Source: a bacterium
GTDB lineage: Bacteria; Hinthialibacterota; Hinthialibacteria; Hinthialibacterales; Hinthialibacteraceae
Length of the DNA stretch: 64,000 nucleotides
NCBI GenBank assembly: GCA_963662285.2
Contig: CAXXMV010000001.1
Location: 896,001 to 960,000 of the forward strand
Direction: 5' to 3'
The notes below the pieces were generated by a model. That model saw only the letters and a list, made by a program, of their open reading frames with translations. It ran no database searches and had not been told where the DNA came from. Made by a program: the position numbers and the translations under genes. Shown here piece by piece: positions 33,239 to 43,497 of this stretch; the stretch's first letter is position 1, and every line of letters starts with the position of its first letter.

Positions 33239-34357
33239 TTAATTATTCTCGTTATTGATATTAAAAATTATGGAATTATCCATCACCTGGACTTGTTGAT
33301 CATCCACCAGGTCTTGCTGTCCAACAACCACAACATGTTCGTAGGGTTCGAGTCCATCAGTAATTTCAATCCGATCCTTCTTGAATACGCCAAGATTGAC
33401 TGGCCGACTATGCACGATTCCTTCTTTCTCAACAAAAACCATCATGCCGGATGCGCGTTTGATCAAAGCAATCAGGGGAACAATCAGGGCTTTATCGACG
33501 CGTTTAGTGGTTATTTCCGCCCGGACAATCATCCCTGGGCGAATGCGGTAATCAGGATTATCCATTACCAAGGTAGCCTCAAAAGTGTTAGTTTGAGCAT
33601 CGGCTTCAAAAGCCAGACGTTCAATCCTGGCTGGAAGAATTTCACCCAAAGACTCAAGATGAACCATAGATTCTTTTTCATGAGAGACTGCATCAGCATA
33701 AAGTTCCGGGACTCCAACCACAACCTTGACTTTATCCATTGAAAGCAGACGGGCTAATTGCGATCCTTCAGGAGCGAATTCGCCTTTTTCAACTTCTATA
33801 CGATCAATGATTCCATCCATGGGAGCAACGATATGACCAAGCGAAACATCTACTTGCAATGTACGCATTATTGCGCTGGCCCGGCGTTCCTGAGAAACAG
33901 CTTCGTCATACTCCTGCACCGTGACATCTCCGCGCTTGTTGAGGATTTTTTTACGTTCCAGGCTTTTTTGGGCCAAGTCGTGGGCCGCCTTGGCATCTTC
34001 GACGCGCGCAGTACGCGAGCGGAGATCGATTTGAAAGAGTTCCATTCCTTTCTTAACCCGGTCTCCTTCTCTGACGTATACCTCTTCAACGATTCCCGGA
34101 ATTCCCGCGCTGACATTGACGTCTTCATAGGCTTCAACCGTACCAGGCAGAAGAACTGTTTCCTGAAGCGGTTGAGGAATAATTTCTATTGACTGAACGC
34201 GCTTAAGCGGCGCTTTTTCCTGCATTGCCTCAATTGAGGCAGATTTCTGCGCCGAACTGGATGGAATCAGCGACATCACGTATAAAGCTCCTACAAAAAA
34301 AACGGGCAGCGCCAAATACATAATCGAGCGCAATAAATATTTCATAACAAATTTCAT
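33239..34357 (-). CDS. RND periplasmic adaptor (membrane fusion protein)
   Basis: N-terminal anchor; GIVEEVYVREGDRVKKG, IVAPMDG, IRPGMIV. Confidence 0.93.
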   Translation of the reverse strand: MKFVMKYLLRSIMYLALPVFFVGALYVMSLIPSSSAQKSASIEAMQEKAPLKRVQSIEIIPQPLQETVLLPGTVEAYEDVNVSAGIPGIVEEVYVREGDRVKKGMELFQIDLRSRTARVEDAKAAHDLAQKSLERKKILNKRGDVTVQEYDEAVSQERRASAIMRTLQVDVSLGHIVAPMDGIIDRIEVEKGEFAPEGSQLARLLSMDKVKVVVGVPELYADAVSHEKESMVHLESLGEILPARIERLAFEADAQTNTFEATLVMDNPDYRIRPGMIVRAEITTKRVDKALIVPLIALIKRASGMMVFVEKEGIVHSRPVNLGVFKKDRIEITDGLEPYEHVVVVGQQDLVDDQQVQVMDNSIIFNINNENN

Positions 34358-34962
34358 TATTTCTTTCCTCCAATACCATGCAATACAAAGTCAAGCAATA
34401 TTTCAACAAAGTTATCAGGAACAGATGTGGGATCAAGCATTAAAGTTTGCATATATACGCTGATTGAGCCTAAATAATGCATGATTAATTGTTCGATATT
34501 GCCTTCTCTTATGAATCCCTGATTAATTCCTTCTGTGAATAGCACCGCTAATAATTCAAAATGTTCTTTTTCAAATGCCATAATATCAACGTGCGGAATC
34601 GTGTTTCGCGGCGAAAACGCAGCATGATATATTAAACGAACCGTATCTTCATAATCTTTGAATAATAGAAAATATAAATTTGTTGTTTCCCGCAACCGCT
34701 CCATAAAGTCACCGGGATTACTCGTTATTTCGCTTAATCTATTAAAGAAAAAAGCGTAGGCCTCACGAATCAGAGTAACAAACATATCCTCTTTATTCTC
34801 AAAATAATAATATAGAACTGGTTTAGTGACTCCTGCTGCTTTTGCAATATCACGGATGCTGGTTCCATCAAAACCTTGTTTCGAGAAGAGGCGTGTGGCT
34901 GCATGCGCGATGTGTTCCCGTGTATCTTCTGATTTATGAGATATTTGCGTATTAATCGCCAT
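34357..34962 (-). CDS. TetR/AcrR-family regulator
   Basis: LFSKQGFDGTSIRDIAKAAGVTKPVLYYYFENKE. Confidence 0.95.
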   Translation of the reverse strand: MAINTQISHKSEDTREHIAHAATRLFSKQGFDGTSIRDIAKAAGVTKPVLYYYFENKEDMFVTLIREAYAFFFNRLSEITSNPGDFMERLRETTNLYFLLFKDYEDTVRLIYHAAFSPRNTIPHVDIMAFEKEHFELLAVLFTEGINQGFIREGNIEQLIMHYLGSISVYMQTLMLDPTSVPDNFVEILLDFVLHGIGGKK

Positions 34963-34974
34963 ATTATCACCAAT

Positions 34975-35011
34975 CTACTTACCGTTCATTAAGTTACCTA
35001 ACGGTAAGTAG
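34975..35011. promoter_or_regulatory. Palindromic operator upstream of tetR-MFP-RND
   Basis: Perfect 12-bp inverted repeat CTACTTACCGTT / AACGGTAAGTAG, 12 bp upstream of the TetR start. Confidence 0.75.
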
Positions 35012-35167
35012 TATAATTACTTATACCCATTTCGCAAAGATTTTATTTCATTTTTTTTGCATTCTAGTAAAATTAACCATAAAATGTTTTGTTAATTCAC
35101 ACTCCTATAGCAATGAATGCATGATTGATCCTTCATAAAATTGGATTATTTGAGAAAAGAGATAAAA

Positions 35168-38100
35168 ATGAACTCTAGCAAAACTCGATTATTCGTGATT
35201 TTCGGCTTCTTCATGGTTGTTATATTGGGATTATCCTGGGTATCTAACATCCCCATGAAGAATCATCCGGTCGCGCTGCAGGTTAATATGCCTGCTGAGG
35301 AAAAGTCGAAATTGCTGACCATGGCAATTTCAAAGAATATATCAAATACTGTAACCGTTCCTGCAAAATTCGCAAAACCGGATTCGCCTGTCAGGAATCA
35401 ATCAATTACCACACCTGCTCCTCAACAGCAATCTCAGTCCATTGCAACCGGCCAAGAGATACTAAACAGAATCAACAAAATTCACAACACATCAAAAAGT
35501 AATCCCACAGATTCAAGACTTGGGCTTGCCCGTGGCAGAGGCCGCAAAGTCGCGAATCCCGAGCAGCAAAAAGCCATTGATGAATTGCTTGATAAATTAG
35601 GTGGTAACGCAACATTACAGATGGATAATGTTTCACGAACTCTTCGATATCTCGATGGCGATTTATCAAAGATTGTAAGTGACTCAAAAGCATATCAATC
35701 AGCCCACTCACAAAGCAATTATTCTGCGATGTCTATAGCGCTGGTAGATGAACTAAGATTGATTATGAACCTTAGTGAACCGCAAAAAGAATTCGTTACC
35801 AACCGCATAAAAGAAGACAACCTGGGGATGACGCATGTATTCTTGCAGCAGCAATATGATGGAATCCCGGTTTATGGAGCGCAAGTCGGCGTTCATTACG
35901 ACAAAAATAATAATCCAATTCAAGTATCCGGCGTTTATGCGCCAATGCCGGGAATGATAAGTGCTGTTAAATCATGTATTAATCCCCAAACCGCGCTGCA
36001 AAACGCCCGGCAGGATATTGGCAGCATTGGCAATGATTATGCATCTCCCAAGATCGAGCAAATGATCTACTGGGATATCGACCGGGTTCCCGTTCAAACA
36101 TATTTCATTGCCTTAACCCCGACTGTATTTGATCACTGGCATTATTTTATATCCGCAGAAACGGGAGAAATCGTTCACAAAAGCCGCCCGATATGTGCAG
36201 CAGCGGCAGTTGGACAATCCCCTGACCTGTCTGGACAAATCAGAGATGTTCATTGCTGGGAAGATGGAGGAGCTTTCGGCGCCATCGACACCACCAAGCC
36301 AATGTATCAAGCAAGTTCCCAACCGCCAGATATTAAAGCCACTAAAGGCGCCATAATCGTCCTTGATGCAGAAAACCAGATACTTGAAGAAGCCCAGTCA
36401 TTTACAATCGTCAATTCCAACAACAAGAATAACTGGGATCCCACAGCAGTCAGTGTATTGCATAATTACAGTTTAGTTGAAGATTATTACCGCCGCACAT
36501 TCAACCGCAACTCAATCGATGACAAAGGAATGAATATCCTGGCCATCATCCATGCCCAATTCAAAGGGCCAGATGGAAGCGTCTATAAGGATAATGCATT
36601 CTGGAATCCGGGAGCGCAATTAATGGTCTTCGGTGATGGAGAAGTGGATTTCCAAAACCTGCCTTCATCATTAGACGTAACTGGTCATGAGTTGACTCAT
36701 GGCGTGATCGACCATGAAGCCAAATTAATTTATGAAAACCAATCAGGCGCCCTCAACGAACACTTGGCGGATTTCTTCGGCGCCATGGTTGACCGGGATG
36801 AATGGTTACTGGGCGATGGCGTAACCAAAGGCAAGGAAGCCTTGCGCGATATGAAGAATCCCCATAATCCAAACATTCTCGCCGCACAGCCCCAAACCAT
36901 GACGGAATATAGGAACCTGCCCAATACTCCGCAAGGCGATAATGGCGGCGTTCATGTTAATTCCGGCATTCCCAATCACATGGCTTATTTATTAGCCGAA
37001 GGCCCCGATGGGATCGGGCGAGACAAAACCGAGAAAATACTTTACCGTGCACTTTCCGAATATATGACTCAAAGATCAACATTCATCGACTACCGTAGAG
37101 CAGCGATATCATCAACCCGTGACCTTCATGGCGAAAACAGCGCCGAAGAAGCATCGGTAAAAAAAGCATTTGATGCAGTGGAAATTTTCGACCAGGATGG
37201 AGGAGACTCTCCTAATCAACCTACGCCCGGACAAGCAACTGTAGGCAACGATGTTGCTCTGTTCCTGCTAGGTGATCTCAGCGCCGGAGTGGATCAGGTT
37301 CATGATGATCTGTTCTACCAGTTAGCCATCAATGTTAATGGTGAAAACCTGCTTGCTGCGCCGCGTTATGTAGTTAACACCAGACCAGCCGTTTCTGGTG
37401 ACGGACAATGGTTTTTGTATGTCGATACGACCAATAACCTCTATTGGACCGATGGCGCCTCTGAAGAAAAATGGACTGACAGTGGAATCATACGAAGCAT
37501 CGCCATGTCGAAAGATCAACGTTATATCGTATTCACATCAACCAGTTATGACAATTTCATCACTGTTATTGATACAGAAACCGGGGAAATTAATATCGCC
37601 GATCTTTATGTCACCCGAATGGATGGCGTAACGCAGGATTTGGATTTCGCGGATGTTATGACGTTTAATTTCCGTGGTGATTCTCTGATATACGATGCGG
37701 TTATGCAGATGAAACTGGATAATGGAGAAGAGTATCCTGTCTGGGGGATATATTGCCTACGTATGGTTGACCTAAATACTCAGCAGTTGGTCGCCCAAAC
37801 TCCCGGCGAGCAGATTGGCAATCCAACTATTGCTAATACCAACGACCATTTATTACTGGCGGATTATGTTGTATCCGAGGGAGATGATGAAGCGTTAGCC
37901 ATGGTCGCCATTGATTTTCTTGACATGAAAATGAGCGTCTTATTTGGACCAATGAACGATTTCGCTCATCCTACTTTCCGGGGTGATGACCAGAAAATAA
38001 TTTTCAGGGGATCAACCGGGGATAATAGTCAATTCGCGCTGATAGAAGGAGAATTACAAGATAACCAACAGGCCTTAATCGATACGTCAACACGGGTATT

Positions 38101-39142
38101 ATTCGAAGCCTTTGCGCCTATAACATATCCAGTCGGTTTCCGTATTGGAGAATATGTCAAACAGGAAGGTAAAATCAGCGTTCCTAAATCCATCGCAATC
38201 GGAGAAACTCCAGTTCTTACTCAGAACAGCCAAACAATTTCAATAGCGAATATTGGTAATAGTGATTTATCTTTGATTGAGATATCGATTGAAGAAGATA
38301 TAGATGGCGCCTTCTCTCATACCGGCATCAATCAGCAAATTTCCGCAGGTAAGAACATTTCATTTGATATTGTGTTTAATCCCAAGAAAACAGGTGCGGC
38401 ATCAGCTGCGCTTAAGATTAAATCCACTGATGCTTCACAACCGGAATCTATCATCAGCATCTCCGGCAATGGAACCGCCGCCAACACCCCTACGCCGACT
38501 GCGACTATTCCGGGTGGAGTAAGTACGCCAACGCCAGCCGCACCCACGCCAACGCCAATCAGCGGACTCGAACCGACGCCGCTTCCCGGTAGTGAAGATC
38601 AGCTGTCAGTTTATGAATTTGATAAAGATTCGCTATCCGACAACGGGTGGCTCGAAATTCCAGGGGGTTTCGGCGGCGCTGATCCAGGGATTCTTGACTT
38701 TATAACCTTTAATACGGGATTATTCTCTGCTTCTGCAGATGACAAGGGACTCTCACTTACAGTCGAACCAGGTCAAGTCGCTTTTCTAATGGCAAACACG
38801 CCGGTAAATACGCAAGACAATCCCATCCTTCTGCGGATGACAGTACGTTCTAACACCGCTAATGCTTCCATATTCCTGGTCGCTCTCAAGGGAGAATTAT
38901 CCAACAATACACTGGATGGATCATTAACATATAACAACCGCGTCAATGCATCCAGTTTCCTTGACAAAGATCAACGGTTAACGCTTATCTACGAGCCGGA
39001 TCAGGGAGGCAAAATAACCCCTGCCATTCAGGTGGCCGGCGTCGGCGATGAAACAACTACGGTTTATGTAGATAAATTAGAAATTTTCATGCTAAAACCC
39101 GATGGTTCATATAGCGGAATACTATTTCGTTCTTCACCATAA
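35168..39142 (+). CDS. Secreted multidomain M4 (thermolysin-like) metallopeptidase
   Basis: FTP/PepSY propeptide, NAFW, HELTH, GALNEHLAD, GVHVNSG; then beta-propeller-like, Ig-like (ASH-type), Pro/Thr linker and an uncharacterised C-terminal domain. Confidence 0.93.
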   Translation: MNSSKTRLFVIFGFFMVVILGLSWVSNIPMKNHPVALQVNMPAEEKSKLLTMAISKNISNTVTVPAKFAKPDSPVRNQSITTPAPQQQSQSIATGQEILNRINKIHNTSKSNPTDSRLGLARGRGRKVANPEQQKAIDELLDKLGGNATLQMDNVSRTLRYLDGDLSKIVSDSKAYQSAHSQSNYSAMSIALVDELRLIMNLSEPQKEFVTNRIKEDNLGMTHVFLQQQYDGIPVYGAQVGVHYDKNNNPIQVSGVYAPMPGMISAVKSCINPQTALQNARQDIGSIGNDYASPKIEQMIYWDIDRVPVQTYFIALTPTVFDHWHYFISAETGEIVHKSRPICAAAAVGQSPDLSGQIRDVHCWEDGGAFGAIDTTKPMYQASSQPPDIKATKGAIIVLDAENQILEEAQSFTIVNSNNKNNWDPTAVSVLHNYSLVEDYYRRTFNRNSIDDKGMNILAIIHAQFKGPDGSVYKDNAFWNPGAQLMVFGDGEVDFQNLPSSLDVTGHELTHGVIDHEAKLIYENQSGALNEHLADFFGAMVDRDEWLLGDGVTKGKEALRDMKNPHNPNILAAQPQTMTEYRNLPNTPQGDNGGVHVNSGIPNHMAYLLAEGPDGIGRDKTEKILYRALSEYMTQRSTFIDYRRAAISSTRDLHGENSAEEASVKKAFDAVEIFDQDGGDSPNQPTPGQATVGNDVALFLLGDLSAGVDQVHDDLFYQLAINVNGENLLAAPRYVVNTRPAVSGDGQWFLYVDTTNNLYWTDGASEEKWTDSGIIRSIAMSKDQRYIVFTSTSYDNFITVIDTETGEINIADLYVTRMDGVTQDLDFADVMTFNFRGDSLIYDAVMQMKLDNGEEYPVWGIYCLRMVDLNTQQLVAQTPGEQIGNPTIANTNDHLLLADYVVSEGDDEALAMVAIDFLDMKMSVLFGPMNDFAHPTFRGDDQKIIFRGSTGDNSQFALIEGELQDNQQALIDTSTRVLFEAFAPITYPVGFRIGEYVKQEGKISVPKSIAIGETPVLTQNSQTISIANIGNSDLSLIEISIEEDIDGAFSHTGINQQISAGKNISFDIVFNPKKTGAASAALKIKSTDASQPESIISISGNGTAANTPTPTATIPGGVSTPTPAAPTPTPISGLEPTPLPGSEDQLSVYEFDKDSLSDNGWLEIPGGFGGADPGILDFITFNTGLFSASADDKGLSLTVEPGQVAFLMANTPVNTQDNPILLRMTVRSNTANASIFLVALKGELSNNTLDGSLTYNNRVNASSFLDKDQRLTLIYEPDQGGKITPAIQVAGVGDETTTVYVDKLEIFMLKPDGSYSGILFRSSP

Positions 39143-39164
39143 GAGAACATAAAAAAAATACATT

Positions 39165-39202
39165 AAAAAAGGCTCGCGGTTATTTTCCGCGAGCCTTTTT
39201 TT
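39165..39202. terminator. Bidirectional intrinsic terminator
   Basis: AAAAAAGGCTCGCGG-loop-CCGCGAGCCTTTTTTT between convergent genes. Confidence 0.9.
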
Positions 39203-39245
39203 GTTTATGTATTACTCAAGAAGTTCAGCAAGATTCATTCTCCAC

Positions 39246-40907
39246 CTAAAGAGAAGGCGAAATGCTATGAGTCTTCTTAATAGAAGGAATCGCCAGATAA
39301 TCGGGCAATACGCATAATTGCTCTCCATGTTGTCCTATGGCCCGGTATGCATTATTCAAGATTTCCAAGGCATCTTGAACTTTCCTTTGCGAGGGAAACA
39401 AAGCGTTATCCTTAAGACAGATTTCCCGCAATTTGTCTTTCGCGATGCATAGCCCATGATTGCAAAACAATTCATAAATAAAATAGAGTTGTTTCTTGGT
39501 AAAAGTGTCTGTTTCGTAATCGAGTACTTCTTTCAAAGGATTCAACGCAATTCTACGGTCTTGCGCAGAAAGATTATTCTGTTTTTTAACGACATCAGAT
39601 TCCTCTTGCGTAAGAGCCTTGCGCAGATCATTAACAAAATCCTTGGTAACCAGCGTTCTTTTACTTAATTTCTGTCGAGATAAACCAAGTTCCAGCGCGC
39701 GTCGCAGAACATTTGGTTTAACCTCAAATCCCCAATGGTTGCGATAGAACTGTTTATAATTTTCTTTCAGAAAATTTAACGTTCTCTTTAGATGTTGGAT
39801 AGAATGATTCTTCCGCGTCCGGGCGTAAGATTCCGCAATTCGATGACTTATGCCTTCTTCTTTGGTCAAATACTGAGATATGGATAATTCGGCCCGGCTC
39901 TGGGTCTGTCCACGCTTGCGAAGCAACTTCCTGATAGTCCGTTTCCCTCCCATAAGGTCAGAAATGGCCAGTTTCCCATTTGCTAACCGCAGAAGGTTCT
40001 TCATGGTCTGATAGGTTGCCCGTGCTGAAATGTATTCAATTTGTTCTTGAGTAGCGCCCAGTTTCTTAAGCAATTCACGGCGGCGTTGAAAATCGGACGA
40101 CCGTTGGTTTGAGCGCTGCAAATGATCCCGCAGCCGTGAATAATTGGCTTTCAATCTATTCGGTTCAACGCATTTCAATTCACTAAGCAGAATATCGGTT
40201 TTCTTTTTCAGCATATCCAAACTGGATTGACTAACCAGAAATTCCAAATCCGCTTCCGTAAACTGAGGAATAACTCTCCCGGAATCAGCCAGGTTCTCTA
40301 AAAACTCATACTTATTCCGTCGATCATAGGGCCACAGATTACCGCGTTTGGCGCGGGCGCTGGAACGAGTTCTCACTTTAACCGCCGATAGTTGTAATTC
40401 CGGCGTATGAATAAACGAGCCAACTTCCCGGTATATCTCAAGTTTTTTACTAAAGCGATTATAAGATTTTGGAGTATCAAACTGATCCGCCATATTAAAT
40501 TCTTTAGCAATCTCCAAGATTCCTTCTTTTCCCCGTGCTGAAATGCCCTCTAAGTAAGATAGATGCTCTTGAAGCAGCCAATCAGCCAGATATTGACGAA
40601 TATTACGACCTGCTAGTCTAATAGATTCATGCGAAGCAGGACGTTCTTTGATTAATAATTCTTCAATTTCAAATACAGTATCCAAGAAAGATTTTGCATC
40701 AGAATCTTCTCTAATCGGTTGATCCAATTCTAAGTTAGTATTGGAAAAATATTGTTCAACAAATGCTTTTGACTTGGCGTATGAATCAAGTCGTTCATCT
40801 GCGATGGTTATGATTGCCTGGCGAATTCCAACACGGGCCATTTGCCAAGGAGTAGTATCAAACCCAAAAGTAAGCGGAAATTGTGAAATTGTACTAAACG
40901 TATTCAT
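39246..40907 (-). CDS. Orphan basic helical-repeat protein (553 aa), putative nucleic-acid binder
   Basis: GGAGG RBS before ATG 40907; no signal peptide; K/R-rich recurring helices; own promoter and terminator. Confidence 0.75.
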   Translation of the reverse strand: MNTFSTISQFPLTFGFDTTPWQMARVGIRQAIITIADERLDSYAKSKAFVEQYFSNTNLELDQPIREDSDAKSFLDTVFEIEELLIKERPASHESIRLAGRNIRQYLADWLLQEHLSYLEGISARGKEGILEIAKEFNMADQFDTPKSYNRFSKKLEIYREVGSFIHTPELQLSAVKVRTRSSARAKRGNLWPYDRRNKYEFLENLADSGRVIPQFTEADLEFLVSQSSLDMLKKKTDILLSELKCVEPNRLKANYSRLRDHLQRSNQRSSDFQRRRELLKKLGATQEQIEYISARATYQTMKNLLRLANGKLAISDLMGGKRTIRKLLRKRGQTQSRAELSISQYLTKEEGISHRIAESYARTRKNHSIQHLKRTLNFLKENYKQFYRNHWGFEVKPNVLRRALELGLSRQKLSKRTLVTKDFVNDLRKALTQEESDVVKKQNNLSAQDRRIALNPLKEVLDYETDTFTKKQLYFIYELFCNHGLCIAKDKLREICLKDNALFPSQRKVQDALEILNNAYRAIGQHGEQLCVLPDYLAIPSIKKTHSISPSL

Positions 40908-40959
40908 GGTAAAACCTCCAAGGGACAAAATCCACATCCTATACATGTTATCATGACTC

Positions 40960-40989
40960 ATTATATCATCATTATAGCCGGTTTGTCAA
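40960..40989 (-). promoter_or_regulatory. Consensus sigma70 promoter with extended -10
   Basis: Minus strand TTGACA-18 bp-TATAAT, with TG preceding the -10 (TGaTATAAT). Confidence 0.75.
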
Positions 40990-41122
40990 GAAAAAAAACA
41001 AGAATTCCAGTATTTTTTTCAGCAATAACAACAAGGCAGGCAGACATCTATATTATTTATATATAAATACAACAATATCAGCATATTAAGAAATTAAGTA
41101 CTCTGGAATTTGCATTGTCAAC

Positions 41123-41165
41123 AAAAAAAATCCCTCGTTTTTATTCTAAACGAGGGATTTTTTTT
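41123..41165. terminator. Intrinsic terminator downstream of the FG-GAP gene
   Basis: A8-TCCCTCGTTT-loop-AAACGAGGGA-T8. Confidence 0.88.
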
Positions 41166-41195
41166 ACATTTTTTTATTTAATCAAGAAAAATATC

Positions 41196-41309
41196 TAGAG
41201 CGATTATCAAAATTATGTTCGTTTATTATCACCTTTGGTCTTCATAGAAGCCAATCTTTTCTGGCTTCTATGAATCGCCAATCAGAATATTATTATGAAA
41301 ACTACTCTA
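41196..41309 (+). repeat. ~114-bp MITE-like repeat
   Basis: TAGAGCGATTATCAAAA..TATGAAAACTACTCTA with CTAG at both ends; perfect 13-bp hairpin TTCATAGAAGCCA/TGGCTTCTATGAA; terminal CTA is the stop of the FG-GAP gene. Confidence 0.9.
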
Positions 41310-42647
41310 GAACATTTCCCAATGCAAAACGTCTGTTCCCGCATTATTAAAGAAAACGTATACCCGCCCGTTTAGAGCATTGGAAGCGTCTCCAGAATCA
41401 ATAATTGAGCAGAGGACGGCAACATCGGTATCGCCATCACCATCAAAATCATCCTTCACGGCATAGCGCGGCTCCTCTTCCAGCATAAAAGAGGCTGTTT
41501 CAGTGAATTCAGCATTGCCATTATTCTCGAATATCTTCAAACTTGCTTCGAGTCTGTTAGCGCCACCGACATTAACGATTTCCTGGACAGTTGTGATGTA
41601 ATCAACATCGCCGTCCATATCATAATCATCCACCAATACGCTGAAGGCCATACCGGGCGCTGGAATCGAAACTAAAGGACTAAATCGGTCGCCTTTGTTT
41701 TCAAAGATATTTATTGATGCATTGGTTCCTAAAAAGGAGGCCAGGCCATCCATGTCGCCAACATTGGATACGGCTATATCTTCCAAGCCATCGCTGTTGA
41801 AATCTCCCTTATCCAGGCTCCAAGGGAAGAAATTGATATCCAGGGGCATGTATTCTGCAAGTTTGTCACCTGTTCCATTAAAGATGGAGATATTCATATA
41901 GGTGTATATCAAATTGAAACTGGAATCCAAATCAGTTGCTCCCTGGTTAACGCCGACGATATCTTTATTGCCATCCTGATTATAATCGAACGCCAAAAAA
42001 TCGACTAAACTTCCATCCGTATATTTAGGTAAATTAGAAGAGAACAATCCATGCCCCCGGTTATCGAATGAGTATATGCCAGCTTCATAGACATTTAAGG
42101 TTAATTTGACTTCGTCTAATTTAAGCTCACCGTTATTACTCACAATAACTTCATTATCACCATCTCCGTCTAAATCACTTATTTTCAATGCCGATGGAAT
42201 GCCTGATATGGGCTGGAATATCTGTATATAGCTGCCATCCTCTTCTGAATAGAGAAAAGCAATACCAGATTCAGCAGGGGTGCCCAATTGCGCACGGGTC
42301 AGATTTTGCACAAAAGCAACGGCCAGATCGAGGTTCCCCGAGCCATCCAGGTCGCCAATGGTTAGCGCTACGGGATGTTTTCTATCTGATTCCAGAGGCA
42401 AATTAACAATATTGTTAAAATTACCGTTTCCATCGTTAAAAGCCAATGTAATTGAATGGCTGAAAATGTTTGATACAGCTATATCAACATCGCCATCGCC
42501 GTCCAGGTCACCTGAATCGATAGTGCTGGAACGTAAACCTGTCCCGAAAATTGCTCCTTGTTCAAAAGAAATATCGGCGTAAAGATTCGCCGGAACGCAA
42601 AGAACCAAACCTAACACCATGATATAACATACTCTTTTCAATAACAT
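41307..42647 (-). CDS. Secreted FG-GAP/VCBS-repeat protein
   Basis: Signal peptide; about seven DxDGDGxxD Ca-binding blades. Confidence 0.9.
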   Translation of the reverse strand: MLLKRVCYIMVLGLVLCVPANLYADISFEQGAIFGTGLRSSTIDSGDLDGDGDVDIAVSNIFSHSITLAFNDGNGNFNNIVNLPLESDRKHPVALTIGDLDGSGNLDLAVAFVQNLTRAQLGTPAESGIAFLYSEEDGSYIQIFQPISGIPSALKISDLDGDGDNEVIVSNNGELKLDEVKLTLNVYEAGIYSFDNRGHGLFSSNLPKYTDGSLVDFLAFDYNQDGNKDIVGVNQGATDLDSSFNLIYTYMNISIFNGTGDKLAEYMPLDINFFPWSLDKGDFNSDGLEDIAVSNVGDMDGLASFLGTNASINIFENKGDRFSPLVSIPAPGMAFSVLVDDYDMDGDVDYITTVQEIVNVGGANRLEASLKIFENNGNAEFTETASFMLEEEPRYAVKDDFDGDGDTDVAVLCSIIDSGDASNALNGRVYVFFNNAGTDVLHWEMF

Positions 42648-42919
42648 TGTAATTCTCCTTATATTACTTGTATCAAAGATATCTTGAATTAAAATTACAT
42701 TCTTTTAAACCTTGAATCACCTTTTGGAAGCGTTTTAACTTAACAATTGCTCAAAATAGCCGAATTATTCATAATTCTGACCACTCCACTATAAATCAAA
42801 TGGATATTGTAAATGTATCTGAATTGTAATAAATTGTCACTATTATAAAAACGAATTGATGTTTTGGCTGCATTAAACTATAGTTCAGTGTGAGTTAGTA
42901 AAAGAAATGGAGCAGGACG

Positions 42920-43471
42920 TTGAAGACAAAGGCATTCACATTGATCGAATTGTTGATCGTTGTAGCGATTATCGGGATTCTCGCGTTAATCGTAATGCCT
43001 AATTTTTTAAACGCTCAGATTAAAGCCAAAGTAGCCCGCAGCCAGGCTGATATTCGCACTATCTCTAATGCAATCATGGCGTATAGGATCGATAATAACA
43101 ATATCCCCCCCATTCCACGCTCAAATGGCACATCGACCATAATCCGTCCCATGCACTTATCGGTGCTGTTTAATTTAACCACGCCCATCAACTACATCTC
43201 CATCGGGTCGCTCAAAAGCCCGTTCTCTGTATATCATGGTTATTGGTTTTACAATTGGGATTGGTTCGTTGAAGAATCCGGCTCGCCGCCCATCTGGTTT
43301 TGGAATAGCACGGAACATCCTGAGCAAACATTATGGATGGTATCCACGCTGGGACCGAATCGCACTGAATTCCCTTATGATACGGTCAATGACAGCATCA
43401 TCCTGTGGTATGATTATCAACCAACCAACGGAATGAGAAGCCGGGGTCTCATCCAAACCCACGGCAAGTAA
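42920..43471 (+). CDS. Prepilin-type N-terminal cleavage/methylation protein (GspG-like pseudopilin)
   Basis: AFTLIELLIVVAIIGIL type III signal; TTG start with GGAG RBS. Confidence 0.9.
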   Translation: MKTKAFTLIELLIVVAIIGILALIVMPNFLNAQIKAKVARSQADIRTISNAIMAYRIDNNNIPPIPRSNGTSTIIRPMHLSVLFNLTTPINYISIGSLKSPFSVYHGYWFYNWDWFVEESGSPPIWFWNSTEHPEQTLWMVSTLGPNRTEFPYDTVNDSIILWYDYQPTNGMRSRGLIQTHGK

Positions 43472-43497
43472 TCCCTATTGTTGTTGAGATTGATTAC

